Below are positions 1 through 9,736 of a stretch of 64,000 bases of DNA, piece after piece. The DNA lies in the sequence record OL615012, one strand, 5' to 3'. Both the position numbers and the translations under genes were made by a program. Under the pieces are notes generated by a model, which saw only the letters and a program-made list of their open reading frames with translations, did not search any database and was not told the origin of the DNA. Numbering within the stretch: position 1 is the first letter of the stretch; every line of letters begins with the position of its first letter. The stretch comes from Shigella phage vB_SboM_Phaginator.

Positions 1-2
1 CG

Positions 3-1475
3 ATTATCGCTAAAATCTTTGAAAACCAGGAAAAAGATTTCCAGACAGCTCCGGAATATAAAGACGAAAAAATTGCTCAGGCATTCGGTTCTTTCTTAAC
101 AGAAGCTGAAATCGGTGGTGACCACGGTTACAATGCTACCAACATCGCCGCAGGTCAGACTTCTGGCGCAGTAACTCAGATTGGCCCAGCTGTTATGGGT
201 ATGGTACGTCGTGCTATTCCTAACCTGATTGCTTTCGATATTTGCGGTGTTCAAGCGATGAGCAGCCCAACCGGTCAGGTATTCGCACTCCGCGCGGTAT
301 ATGGTAAAGATCCGATCGCTGCCGGTGCTAAAGAAGCATTCCACCCAATGTATGGTCCAGATGCAATGTTCTCTGGTCAGGGTGCTGCTAAGAAATTCGC
401 TGCTTTGAAAGCAAGTGATACTCTTGAAGTCGGAACTATTTACACCCACTTCTTCCAGGAAACTGGTACTGTATATCTGCAAGCTACAGAAGTTAAACAA
501 ATTGATACTAGTGCAACTGATGCAGCTAAATTAGATGCTGAAATTAAGAAACAAATGGAAGCTGGTGTACTGGTAGAAATCGCTGAAGGTATGGCTACTT
601 CTATCGCTGAACTTCAGGAAGGTTTCAACGGTTCTACCGATAACCCATGGAATGAAATGGGCTTCCGTATCGATAAACAAGTTATCGAAGCTAAATCTCG
701 CCAGCTGAAAGCTGCTTACTCTATTGAATTAGCACAAGACCTCCGCGCTGTTCATGGTATGGATGCTGATGCTGAACTGTCTGGTATTCTGGCTACCGAA
801 ATCATGCTGGAAATCAACCGCGAAGTTGTTGATTGGATTAACTACTCAGCACAGGTTGGTAAATCTGGTATGACCCTGACTCCGGGTTCTAAAGCTGGTG
901 TATTTGACTTCCAGGATCCGATTGATATTCGTGGTGCTCGCTGGGCTGGTGAATCATTTAAAGCTCTGTTGTTCCAGATTGACAAAGAAGCAGTTGAAAT
1001 TGCTCGTCAAACCGGTCGCGGCGAAGGTAACTTCATTATCGCTTCCCGTAACGTAGTTAACGTTCTGGCTTCAGTTGATACCGGCATTTCTTATGCTGCA
1101 CAAGGTCTGGCTACCGGCTTTAACACTGATACTACCAAGTCAGTATTTGCTGGTGTTCTGGGTGGTAAATACCGCGTATATATCGACCAGTATGCTAAAC
1201 AGGATTACTTCACTGTAGGTTATAAAGGTCCGAACGAAATGGATGCTGGTATTTACTATGCTCCATATGTAGCTCTGACTCCGCTGCGCGGTTCCGATCC
1301 GAAGAACTTCCAACCAGTAATGGGATTCAAAACTCGTTACGGTATCGGTATCAACCCATTTGCAGAATCCGCTGCTCAGGCTCCGGCTTCTCGCATCCAG
1401 AGCGGTATGCCTTCTATCCTGAACAGCCTTGGTAAAAACGCTTACTTCCGCCGTGTATATGTTAAAGGTATCTAA
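3..1475 (+). CDS. 23: Major capsid protein gp23, 5'-truncated by the window edge
   Basis: Open frame runs from the window start to the stop at 1473-1475; translation (…GVQAMSSPTGQVFALRAVYG…) matches T4 gp23 as recalled; hairpin terminator follows. Confidence 0.95.
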   Translation: MIAKIFENQEKDFQTAPEYKDEKIAQAFGSFLTEAEIGGDHGYNATNIAAGQTSGAVTQIGPAVMGMVRRAIPNLIAFDICGVQAMSSPTGQVFALRAVYGKDPIAAGAKEAFHPMYGPDAMFSGQGAAKKFAALKASDTLEVGTIYTHFFQETGTVYLQATEVKQIDTSATDAAKLDAEIKKQMEAGVLVEIAEGMATSIAELQEGFNGSTDNPWNEMGFRIDKQVIEAKSRQLKAAYSIELAQDLRAVHGMDADAELSGILATEIMLEINREVVDWINYSAQVGKSGMTLTPGSKAGVFDFQDPIDIRGARWAGESFKALLFQIDKEAVEIARQTGRGEGNFIIASRNVVNVLASVDTGISYAAQGLATGFNTDTTKSVFAGVLGGKYRVYIDQYAKQDYFTVGYKGPNEMDAGIYYAPYVALTPLRGSDPKNFQPVMGFKTRYGIGINPFAESAAQAPASRIQSGMPSILNSLGKNAYFRRVYVKGI

Positions 1476-1490
1476 TCTTTGACGATTTAA

Positions 1491-1520
1491 GGGACCTTCG
1501 GGTCCCTTTAGTTGTTTTTA
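1491..1520 (+). terminator. Intrinsic terminator after gene 23
   Basis: Hairpin gggacc-ttcg-ggtccc (UUCG tetraloop) followed by a T-rich tract. Confidence 0.6.
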
Positions 1521-1523
1521 TGG

Positions 1524-1531
1524 TATAAATA
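1524..1531 (+). promoter_or_regulatory. T4-type late promoter (TATAAATA) for gene 24
   Basis: Exact TATAAATA about 28 bp upstream of the gene 24 ATG. Confidence 0.6.
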
Positions 1532-1558
1532 AATCATATAAACCAAAAGGAAAGCGCA

Positions 1559-2842
1559 ATGGCTAAAATCAACGAACTTCTGCGCGAATCAACCACAACG
1601 AATAGCAACTCAATCGGTCGCCCAAATCTCGTTGCTTTGACTCGCGCTACCACTAAATTAATATATTCTGACATTGTAGCAACGCAAAGAACTAATCAAC
1701 CTGTTGCTGCTTTTTATGGTATCAAATACCTTAACCCAGACAATGAATTTACATTTAAAACTGGTGCTACTTATGCTGGCGAAGCTGGATATGTAGACCG
1801 AGAACAAATCACAGAATTAACAGAAGAGTCTAAATTAACTCTCAATAAAGGCGATTTATTCAAATATAATAATATCGTTTATAAAGTATTAGAAGATACA
1901 CCATTTGCTGATATTGAAGAAAGCGATTTAGAATTAGCTCTTCAGATTGCAATTGTTCTTTTAAAGGTTCGTCTATTTTCTGACGCAGCGTCAACAAGCA
2001 AATTTGAAAGCTCTGATAGTGAAATTGCGGATGCTAGATTCCAGATTAATAAATGGCAAACCGCAGTTAAATCTCGTAAACTTAAAACCGGTATCACAGT
2101 TGAATTAGCACAAGATTTAGAAGCAAATGGATTCGATGCTCCTAATTTCTTGGAAGATTTGCTTGCAACCGAAATGGCGGATGAAATCAATAAAGATATT
2201 TTACAATCTTTGATTACCGTATCAAAACGCTATAAAGTTACAGGAATTACTGATACTGGATTCATTGATTTGAGTTATGCATCTGCACCTGAAGCTGGTC
2301 GTTCATTATACCGAATGGTATGCGAAATGGTTTCGCATATCCAAAAAGAATCAACTTATACAGCAACGTTCTGTGTTGCTTCTGCTCGTGCCGCTGCGAT
2401 TCTTGCTGCATCAGGTTGGTTAAAACATAAACCAGAAGATGATAAATATCTTTCACAAAATGCCTATGGGTTCTTAGCTAATGGTTTACCGCTTTATTGC
2501 GATACTAACAGCCCATTAGATTATGTAATCGTTGGCGTAGTAGAAAATATCGGTGAAAAAGAAATTGTCGGATCAATTTTCTATGCTCCGTATACAGAAG
2601 GTCTTGACTTAGATGACCCTGAACATGTAGGTGCATTTAAAGTTGTAGTTGACCCAGAAAGCTTACAACCATCTATCGGTTTATTGGTTAGATATGCTTT
2701 ATCTGCAAATCCTTACACTGTAGCAAAAGATGAAAAAGAAGCAAGAATAATTGATGGTGGAGACATGGATAAAATGGCGGGTCGTTCAGATTTGTCTGTT
2801 TTATTAGGTGTTAAACTACCAAAAATTATTGTTGATGAATAA
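1559..2842 (+). CDS. 24: Head vertex protein gp24 (gp23 paralog)
   Basis: 427 aa, MAKINELLRES…; same length as T4 gp24 and paralogous to the gp23 C-terminal region; TATAAATA late promoter and SD upstream. Confidence 0.95.
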   Translation: MAKINELLRESTTTNSNSIGRPNLVALTRATTKLIYSDIVATQRTNQPVAAFYGIKYLNPDNEFTFKTGATYAGEAGYVDREQITELTEESKLTLNKGDLFKYNNIVYKVLEDTPFADIEESDLELALQIAIVLLKVRLFSDAASTSKFESSDSEIADARFQINKWQTAVKSRKLKTGITVELAQDLEANGFDAPNFLEDLLATEMADEINKDILQSLITVSKRYKVTGITDTGFIDLSYASAPEAGRSLYRMVCEMVSHIQKESTYTATFCVASARAAAILAASGWLKHKPEDDKYLSQNAYGFLANGLPLYCDTNSPLDYVIVGVVENIGEKEIVGSIFYAPYTEGLDLDDPEHVGAFKVVVDPESLQPSIGLLVRYALSANPYTVAKDEKEARIIDGGDMDKMAGRSDLSVLLGVKLPKIIVDE

Positions 2843-2846
2843 AGCA

Positions 2847-2873
2847 AAGGGACCGAAAGGTCCCTTTTTATTT
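2847..2873. terminator. Bidirectional intrinsic terminator between 24 and rnlB
   Basis: Hairpin gggacc-gaaa-ggtccc with A-run on one side and T-run on the other. Confidence 0.55.
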
Positions 2874-3876
2874 AACTTACCAATTCAATCCAAGCCGGAC
2901 GAAGTACATCTTGTACCATTTTAACTAATTCCTTTTTAATCAAAGAAGGATTATCCGCTTGAGTTAGAGTAATACCTTCACGAGAAGTTTCTTCCAAAAT
3001 ATCTTGAACAGTTAGTCCCATCACCTTTCCAAAATCTTTTGGACCAATTTCGCCAATTTTAGAAATAACGTTATTTACTCGGTTCAGTGTAACGTAGCAA
3101 GCTAAAATTCCCAGCAATTTATTATCAGCTTCTGACAGCTCAACTTTAGCTTTAATAGGCTTATCAGACTTTTTCTTTTCACTAAATTTGGAATTCTTGC
3201 ATTTAATAGCTACACGATTGCGATTAGGCAGCCAAGAAGGATAACAAGGTTTCAATACATATCCTTCAGCGGTAAATACTTCGCCTTTGGCTTCGGCATT
3301 CCAAACGCATTTATTTGCATCAACTAATCCAGCATGGTCTACTGTAAAATTATAATCTTGGACGACAGAATCTAAATCATTTGGCAATTTAATAAGCTCT
3401 TCAAATTTACCGCGGCCTAAAAGTGGAGCCATTTTAAACCCAAATGAATTACAAAACGATTCCATCATGTAATCATCAACATAAGTTACATCACCACTTT
3501 CTGTAGTAACAATAATGTCAAATACATAAAAATCTTTATCGCCATAATCAACATTCTTCTGAATGCCAGGTCCAGCGAATTCGCCAAAAACTTGATAAGA
3601 TACAACCGCTGAAGTTTCCATAATATCTTGTACTGCTTTAATGGAATCAGCGTAATTCTTCAAAATAATTTCATACCCAAAGAAATCTTCAGCAGGAAGA
3701 ATAGGACCAGTGCGTTTAGCGCAAGTTACTTTATCACGCTCAATAATTAATGAGAAATTTGTGCCGTGAATCTTTTCACGAGCCACCCATTCGCCGCCAG
3801 TCAATCCTAAACTGTAAAGTTTTTCAATAAATTTAGAGTTGTAATGATTTTCAAGACTGCTATACTTTTTAAACAT
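2872..3876 (-). CDS. rnlB: RNA ligase 2
   Basis: 334 aa, [16 protein letters not shown]…; nucleotidyltransferase lysine motif KIHGTN; same size and position as T4 Rnl2. Confidence 0.9.
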   Translation of the reverse strand: MFKKYSSLENHYNSKFIEKLYSLGLTGGEWVAREKIHGTNFSLIIERDKVTCAKRTGPILPAEDFFGYEIILKNYADSIKAVQDIMETSAVVSYQVFGEFAGPGIQKNVDYGDKDFYVFDIIVTTESGDVTYVDDYMMESFCNSFGFKMAPLLGRGKFEELIKLPNDLDSVVQDYNFTVDHAGLVDANKCVWNAEAKGEVFTAEGYVLKPCYPSWLPNRNRVAIKCKNSKFSEKKKSDKPIKAKVELSEADNKLLGILACYVTLNRVNNVISKIGEIGPKDFGKVMGLTVQDILEETSREGITLTQADNPSLIKKELVKMVQDVLRPAWIELVS

Positions 3877-3885
3877 AATTAATCC

Positions 3886-4164
3886 TCAGAATGTAATTTC
3901 TAACCAATCACCATCACGTTGATCACTATTGACTTTAAAATTAAATCCTTCTTTTCTCAGCCAATCACCAATTTCTTCAGTAATCAATTTATCGCGAGCA
4001 GTACAATAATAACTAAAATATGTTTTACCTTGTTCAGCTGCTTTATTAGCAAGTTCTGAAAAATCTTTAATAAAACACTCTAGCTTAAACTGTTTACTTT
4101 TAAGTGCTTTTTCGCGTAATTGATTAGCAAAAGATTCATTTTCATAAAGATCATACTGTTCCAT
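3886..4164 (-). CDS. Hypothetical protein (T4 24.2-like position)
   Basis: 92-aa ORF in a tightly packed minus-strand operon; ATG start. Confidence 0.6.
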   Translation of the reverse strand: MEQYDLYENESFANQLREKALKSKQFKLECFIKDFSELANKAAEQGKTYFSYYCTARDKLITEEIGDWLRKEGFNFKVNSDQRDGDWLEITF

Positions 4165-4366
4165 TTTTCACCTTTTTATTGATATGTCTTTTTCTATAGA
4201 CAACTTTTTCTCGAGTTTCAAATTTATTCTTAGCAGTCATAGCTCGAGCCCATAATACAGCCACTTCTTTCGCCTGTAAGTTTAATTCACGAGCAATTTC
4301 AATGAATGACTTTCCAGACTCATGAAGAGTAAACACCACAACCTCAGTTCTCATAATCAATCTCAT
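4151..4366 (-). CDS. Hypothetical small basic protein (T4 24.3-like position)
   Basis: 71-aa ORF overlapping the downstream gene; basic C-terminus. Confidence 0.55.
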   Translation of the reverse strand: MRLIMRTEVVVFTLHESGKSFIEIARELNLQAKEVAVLWARAMTAKNKFETREKVVYRKRHINKKVKNGTV

Positions 4367-4455
4367 GTTATCGAGTTGGTGCCATTATATACATCATTTT
4401 CTGAGTGTGTTTTGTGTGCTTTCAAAATGAAGAAAGGGGCCGAAGCCCCTTACGA

Positions 4456-5874
4456 TTATGGATAGGTATAGATGATACCAGTTTCTAAAGCAGTTTTGTG
4501 AATGATGTATCCATTACGCGATTCTTGAACATCAACTTCTGGATAATCTTTCATCATTTTCTGAAGAGTGTAACGATGCAAGTAGTATTTACTATCTGGA
4601 TCTTCAGTTTTCCAATCTTTACCTTCTTCAGTCATTTTTTGTATTTCATCCATAACCCACCAACCGCACCAGATGTAAGCTGAAGTACGATGTGGAAGAG
4701 GATGAACATAAGGTAATTCACCTTCTGGTTCCGGAGCAACTTTATCAGTCACTTGAACTTGACCTTCTGCTGTAATAGTTTTGCTATCATAATCAGTAGC
4801 AGTAACAATTGCCGTAACTTCAATAGTTTGACTTCCAATAGATGAGGTATCAACGGTATATACATTAGTTGACCCTTCTACAGGAGAAGAATCTTTCTTC
4901 CATGAATAAGCAATTTGTGCTTCTTCTGGTGCATCAGTGACATTAGCAGTAAATGTGGCCGAAGCATCTTGCTGAACATTAATAGAAGGAGGAGTCAATG
5001 TAACCTGTGGATTCATTGTCTTCTTATTAACTGTTAATGATACTTCATTAGAAGTAACTTCCTTTTCATTGTAATTTTCAGCAGTTACTTGAGCTACACA
5101 TTTAATTCTTTTTACTCCACTTGTAGTTGGAGTATAGCTAAATGTAGAGTTAGTTTCTCCACCAACTTGTGAATCATCTACATACCACTGATACGTAGCA
5201 GATGCTCCATCAGGTTGAGAAGCTAAGGCAGCAGTAAATTGAACTGGGGTTCCAATTACTCCAGCTGAAGGACTATCGGGAGTTACTGCCAAAGTAGTTG
5301 TCTGCGTCTTTTTATTAACAGTCAGTGATACTTCATTAGAAGTAACGCTCAGTGCATCATAATTTGTCGCGGTTACTTGAGCTATGCACTTGATTTTTTT
5401 AACTCCGCTTGTGTCAGGAGTGTAATTGAATGTAGCGCTAGTCGCTTCGCTCACAGGAGAATCGTCAACGTACCATTGATACGTAGCGTTTGCGCCCGAT
5501 GGCTGCGAAGCTAAAGCGGCAGTAAATTCAACAGCTGTTCCGATTACTCCAGCGTCAGGGTTATTAGGAGTTACAGCTAAGGTAGTCGTTTGTGTCTTAT
5601 TTTGAACTGTGATAGTTGTTGTCGCTTCAGCCGTTTCCGGGCCTCCTTCAGAAAGTGTATTTGTTGCAACTACTTTAATAGTCTTTTGACCGGCAGGTCC
5701 TTTTAGTACATAACTAAAAGTTGCTTCAGCTCCATCTTGTGGAACATCATCTACAGTCCAAGCATAGGTAATAGTTCCACCTCCAGTTTCACCACTGGGT
5801 GTAGCAGTAAACTGCTGAGTCTGATCTATAACTCCAGTAGGTGTTTTAGGAGTTATATCAACTGTAAAAGCCAT
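4456..5874 (-). CDS. hoc: Highly immunogenic outer capsid protein Hoc, 4 Ig-like domains
   Basis: 472 aa, MAFTVDITPKTPTGVIDQTQQFTATPSG… and C-terminal …YIIHKTALETGIIYTYP match T4 Hoc as recalled; contains an extra tandem ~95-aa Ig-like unit. Confidence 0.9.
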   Translation of the reverse strand: MAFTVDITPKTPTGVIDQTQQFTATPSGETGGGTITYAWTVDDVPQDGAEATFSYVLKGPAGQKTIKVVATNTLSEGGPETAEATTTITVQNKTQTTTLAVTPNNPDAGVIGTAVEFTAALASQPSGANATYQWYVDDSPVSEATSATFNYTPDTSGVKKIKCIAQVTATNYDALSVTSNEVSLTVNKKTQTTTLAVTPDSPSAGVIGTPVQFTAALASQPDGASATYQWYVDDSQVGGETNSTFSYTPTTSGVKRIKCVAQVTAENYNEKEVTSNEVSLTVNKKTMNPQVTLTPPSINVQQDASATFTANVTDAPEEAQIAYSWKKDSSPVEGSTNVYTVDTSSIGSQTIEVTAIVTATDYDSKTITAEGQVQVTDKVAPEPEGELPYVHPLPHRTSAYIWCGWWVMDEIQKMTEEGKDWKTEDPDSKYYLHRYTLQKMMKDYPEVDVQESRNGYIIHKTALETGIIYTYP

Positions 5875-5883
5875 AAGTTATCC

Positions 5884-6564
5884 TTATTTTAATGTTACGA
5901 AAGAAGAATTGCGTGTTTCACGAATTAAAACTGATCCGTCACGGTTAATGTAATAAATTAAGCTAAATAAAGTTTGGTGTGCAGAAGCATGCTCAAAACT
6001 AGTTGGGTGAGATTTCCAATCAGGAGTTTCAGCAATCCATTGATAAATCCACCAAGGAACGGTACAAAATCCTGGATTTTTTCCTAATAGTTGAAGATTT
6101 GGACTAAAGTTTTCCGGAAGAGTAAATACAGACGGCTTTTCAGATTCAATAATCTCAGCTACAGCCTGTTCGAATTTTTCTTCAACAAAAGGAGTATCTT
6201 CAATCAAAACTGAGGTATTTTCAGGAATTTTATCAGTTTCTACTACTTCAATTTTAATGTCAGATTTAACCGGAGAATCAATCAGAAGTGCTGCTTCTGG
6301 ATTGACTTCTTCATCGTCATATTTTAACCCCTCTGCAGCATCAGCAGCATTGATTAAGTCTTTAATAGATAACCCATCAGTCTCTGGCATAGGTTCACTA
6401 GCGAGCTTCTGGAGGGCTTCTTCAATATCAACAACGATATTATCAAAAGATTTATTCTTTTTGACCTTTATACCAAACTGTTCAGCATATTCAGCTAATT
6501 TAGCTTTAGCTTCTTTGTTATCATCAAGAGCCTTCAGCTCTGCAATATAATCTTTATCTATCAT
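5884..6564 (-). CDS. inh: Inh-like protein (inhibitor of prohead protease)
   Basis: 226-aa ORF directly upstream of hoc, the position of T4 inh. Confidence 0.7.
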   Translation of the reverse strand: MIDKDYIAELKALDDNKEAKAKLAEYAEQFGIKVKKNKSFDNIVVDIEEALQKLASEPMPETDGLSIKDLINAADAAEGLKYDDEEVNPEAALLIDSPVKSDIKIEVVETDKIPENTSVLIEDTPFVEEKFEQAVAEIIESEKPSVFTLPENFSPNLQLLGKNPGFCTVPWWIYQWIAETPDWKSHPTSFEHASAHQTLFSLIYYINRDGSVLIRETRNSSFVTLK

Positions 6565-6577
6565 AATATTTCCTCAG

Positions 6578-6585
6578 TATAAATA
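6578..6585 (+). promoter_or_regulatory. Late promoter TATAAATA upstream of uvsW
   Basis: Exact TATAAATA about 30 bp upstream of the uvsW ATG. Confidence 0.5.
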
Positions 6586-6614
6586 TAGATATATTTATTA
6601 CATGGTATTTAGAC

Positions 6615-8126
6615 ATGACTGACATTAAAGTACATTTTTATGATTTTAGTCACGTGAGAATTGATTGTGAAGAAAGTACATTTCATGAACTCCGTGATTT
6701 CTTTAGCTTTGAAGCTGATGGGTATCGTTTTAATCCGAAGTACAGATATGGCCACTGGGATGGACGAATCCGTCTGTTAGATTATAATCGTCTTCTTCCA
6801 TTCGGCTTAGTCGGGCAAATTAAAAAGTTCTGTGATAACTTTGGCTATAAAGCCTGGATTGACCCACAAATTAACGAAAAAGAAGAATTATCAAGAAAAG
6901 ATTTTGATGAATGGCTTTCTAAATTAGAAATCTATTCAGGAAATAAAAGAATTGAACCGCACTGGTATCAAAAAGATGCAGTGTTCGAAGGATTAGTTAA
7001 TCGTCGTAGAATTCTTAATCTTCCAACATCCGCTGGTAAATCGTTAATTCAAGCTTTGCTTGCGCGATATTATTTGGAAAATTATGAAGGTAAAATTCTT
7101 ATCATTGTTCCAACAACTGCTCTAACAACTCAGATGGCTGATGACTTCGTTGACTATCGTTTATTCAGTCATGCAATGATAAAGAAAATTGGTGGCGGAG
7201 CATCAAAAGATGATAAATATAAAAATGATGCACCAGTCGTTGTTGGTACATGGCAAACTGTAGTAAAACAACCAAAAGAATGGTTCTCACAGTTTGGAAT
7301 GATGATGAATGATGAATGTCATCTTGCTACAGGAAAAAGTATTTCATCTATCATATCAGGTTTAAATAACTGCATGTTTAAATTTGGTCTATCAGGTTCA
7401 TTACGTGATGGCAAAGCTAATATCATGCAGTATGTTGGAATGTTTGGTGAAATATTTAAGCCAGTAACGACTTCTAAATTAATGGAAGATGGACAAGTAA
7501 CTGAGCTAAAAATTAATAGTATTTTTCTTCGCTATCCAGATGAGTTCACTACTAAATTAAAGGGAAAAACTTACCAAGAAGAAATAAAAATTATTACTGG
7601 GCTCAGTAAAAGAAATAAATGGATCGCTAAATTAGCTATTAAGCTTGCGCAAAAAGATGAAAACGCTTTTGTCATGTTTAAACACGTATCGCACGGTAAA
7701 GCTATTTTCGATTTAATTAAAAATGAATACGATAAAGTTTATTACGTATCAGGGGAAGTTGATACCGAAACACGCAACGTAATGAAAACCTTAGCTGAAA
7801 ACGGTAAAGGAATAATTATAGTAGCTAGTTATGGTGTATTTTCTACCGGTATTTCAGTTAAAAATCTGCATCACGTTGTTTTAGCACACGGTGTTAAATC
7901 TAAAATTATTGTATTGCAAACAATAGGTCGCGTATTACGTAAGCATGGTTCCAAAACAATCGCAACAGTCTGGGACCTCATAGATGATTGTGGTGTTAAG
8001 CCAAAATCTGCTAATACGAAAAAGAAATACGTTCATTTGAACTATCTTTTAAAACACGGCATTGATCGTATTCAGCGCTACGCAGATGAAAAATTTAATT
8101 ACGTAATGAAAACAGTTAATTTATAA
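6615..8126 (+). CDS. uvsW: UvsW DNA/RNA helicase
   Basis: 503 aa; helicase motifs (PTSAGKS Walker A, DECH box); sequence matches T4 UvsW as recalled; TATAAATA upstream. Confidence 0.95.
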   Translation: MTDIKVHFYDFSHVRIDCEESTFHELRDFFSFEADGYRFNPKYRYGHWDGRIRLLDYNRLLPFGLVGQIKKFCDNFGYKAWIDPQINEKEELSRKDFDEWLSKLEIYSGNKRIEPHWYQKDAVFEGLVNRRRILNLPTSAGKSLIQALLARYYLENYEGKILIIVPTTALTTQMADDFVDYRLFSHAMIKKIGGGASKDDKYKNDAPVVVGTWQTVVKQPKEWFSQFGMMMNDECHLATGKSISSIISGLNNCMFKFGLSGSLRDGKANIMQYVGMFGEIFKPVTTSKLMEDGQVTELKINSIFLRYPDEFTTKLKGKTYQEEIKIITGLSKRNKWIAKLAIKLAQKDENAFVMFKHVSHGKAIFDLIKNEYDKVYYVSGEVDTETRNVMKTLAENGKGIIIVASYGVFSTGISVKNLHHVVLAHGVKSKIIVLQTIGRVLRKHGSKTIATVWDLIDDCGVKPKSANTKKKYVHLNYLLKHGIDRIQRYADEKFNYVMKTVNL

Positions 8127-8151
8127 GGGCTTCGGCCCTTTGGAGAAAAAG

Positions 8152-8382
8152 ATGTTACTAGAATTTAAACAATTTCTTTATGAAGCTTCTATTGATGAAT
8201 TTATGGGTAAAATTGCCTCTTGTCAAACGATAGAAGGTCTAGAAGAACTTGAAGCTTATTATAAGAAAAGAGTTAAAGAAACTGAATTAAAAGATACTGA
8301 TGACATCTCAGTCAGAGATGCTTTGGCAGGAAAAAGAGCTGAATTAGAAGATTCAGATGATGAAGTAGAAGAAAGCTTTTAA
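8152..8382 (+). CDS. uvsW.1: UvsW.1 small acidic protein
   Basis: Track ORF starts at a TTG at 8140; ATG at 8152 with GGAG 6 nt upstream gives 76 aa, the T4 UvsW.1 length. Confidence 0.8.
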   Translation: MLLEFKQFLYEASIDEFMGKIASCQTIEGLEELEAYYKKRVKETELKDTDDISVRDALAGKRAELEDSDDEVEESF

Positions 8383-8437
8383 ATTAAAAAAGGCCCAACC
8401 AAAAAGGAAGGGCCAAAACTATAGACTAAAGGTCACA

Positions 8438-8605
8438 CTATAGCAAAAGTTGTGTTTCATTTAATTGTTCTTCCGAACTTTCTGAAACTGGTAGTTCTTT
8501 AATGTAATTATAGCAAGGCCCAGGATGTACAGGACCTTTGTCTGTTTCAACAACCAATGCAGAATCGATTGGAGTTTTACAGACAACACAAATCTTATCT
8601 GACAT
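8438..8605 (-). CDS. Small Cys-containing protein (uvsY.-2-like position)
   Basis: 55-aa ORF below the track size cutoff, translated by hand: MSDKICVVCKTPIDSALVVETDKGPVHPGPCYNY…. Confidence 0.5.
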   Translation of the reverse strand: MSDKICVVCKTPIDSALVVETDKGPVHPGPCYNYIKELPVSESSEEQLNETQLLL

Positions 8606-8633
8606 GATTGTCTCCTCTGAATTATATATCTAT

Positions 8634-8858
8634 TTATACAACTCTCATATGCATATCAATGCCCATATCTTTAGAATAAAAATATTCATCAAGATATCCG
8701 GCAAATTTTCCTTTAATATAAAGGACATCTTCACCACACGGGTGGTCGGCCAGGATACGAATATCCTGACGCTTAAGATTATACTTTTTCATTAAGAATT
8801 GAATTTCCGTTTCAAATTCTTCTTCATAATTAAAAGCATCATCAATGTTATATCTCAT
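8634..8858 (-). CDS. Hypothetical protein (uvsY.-1-like position)
   Basis: 74-aa ORF immediately downstream of uvsY; stop/start overlap. Confidence 0.6.
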   Translation of the reverse strand: MRYNIDDAFNYEEEFETEIQFLMKKYNLKRQDIRILADHPCGEDVLYIKGKFAGYLDEYFYSKDMGIDMHMRVV

Positions 8859-9271
8859 TATTTTCCAGCCTCAAATGCTCGCATGTCTTGAATATGCTTA
8901 ATAGCAAATCCGCGTGATTTAATAGCATCAAGAGCTCCGCTACAGAAATCTAATAAAATCCCCCAATACTGTAACGAGGTATCAACCTTTAAAACATCCT
9001 TATCAGCTGATAGAACTGTCTTCATTTCTGATTTCTCGTAACGATCCATACTAAATTCATCACCATCTCCTCGTCCCGAGTAGTAGTCTAATTTAGCTTT
9101 AAGAGCAACTTTTTTCTGTGCATCAATTCTAAGCATTTCCTTTTTAATACTTGAATGCTTATTAAGCCATTTACTATATAACATCACATTATTAGCTGCT
9201 TCATACTGCAATTTAGTCGAATCTATAAACACATCTTTCTTCAATTCTTCTTGAAGATCTTCTAATCTCAT
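8858..9271 (-). CDS. uvsY: UvsY recombination mediator
   Basis: 137 aa, MRLEDLQEELKKDVFIDSTKLQYEAANNV…; matches T4 UvsY. Confidence 0.95.
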   Translation of the reverse strand: MRLEDLQEELKKDVFIDSTKLQYEAANNVMLYSKWLNKHSSIKKEMLRIDAQKKVALKAKLDYYSGRGDGDEFSMDRYEKSEMKTVLSADKDVLKVDTSLQYWGILLDFCSGALDAIKSRGFAIKHIQDMRAFEAGK

Positions 9272-9337
9272 ATTGTTCTCTATTCAATTGTTATTGGATG
9301 GACTTAGATTCATTATACCACGTTTATACGTGAAGCA

Positions 9338-9736
9338 TTATACTCTATTACTGGAAGCCAGCTGCAGTTTTATCTGCTCAATATCATCAGGATTATCGAT
9401 GACCGAAAAGCGTATTTCTACTATCAGAGTATAATCATCATAAACTGGTATCACATTAACTGATAATTTATCAATACGTGGCTCATAGTTTCTTACTGCG
9501 CTTTCGATATTGCGCTCAACCGTGTCAGCAGTAAGAGGAGTCATATTTTCAAAAAGCTGGTCTGATAAATCACATCCAAATTCAGGGTCAAACGGTCTTG
9601 AACCTTTTCTTGTTGTAATAATTCCCAAAAGACTGTTTTTAATTGACCTTAATCCAAGCGATCTGGAAACGTCTTTGTCCCAGTCCATTTTCATTTCTGG
9701 GTCGATGTCAGAATAAAGCTTATTAATATTTGCCAT
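9338..9736 (-). CDS. 25: Baseplate wedge protein gp25
   Basis: 132 aa, [23 protein letters not shown]…; matches T4 gp25. Confidence 0.95.
   Translation of the reverse strand: MANINKLYSDIDPEMKMDWDKDVSRSLGLRSIKNSLLGIITTRKGSRPFDPEFGCDLSDQLFENMTPLTADTVERNIESAVRNYEPRIDKLSVNVIPVYDDYTLIVEIRFSVIDNPDDIEQIKLQLASSNRV

Noticed and set aside
4498-4683. Plus-strand 61-aa ORF inside hoc, and similar antisense ORFs (e.g. 6257-6550, 15312-15650, 18822-19103, 20022-20279, 41369-41848, 63326-63624)
   Set aside because: Each is embedded antisense or out of frame within a well-supported conserved gene, with no promoter or RBS context; treated as shadow ORFs.
8140-8151. Track start of uvsW.1 at 8140 (MEKK…)
   Set aside because: Position 8140-8142 is TTG and overlaps the GGAG SD; the ATG at 8152 gives the expected 76-aa product.
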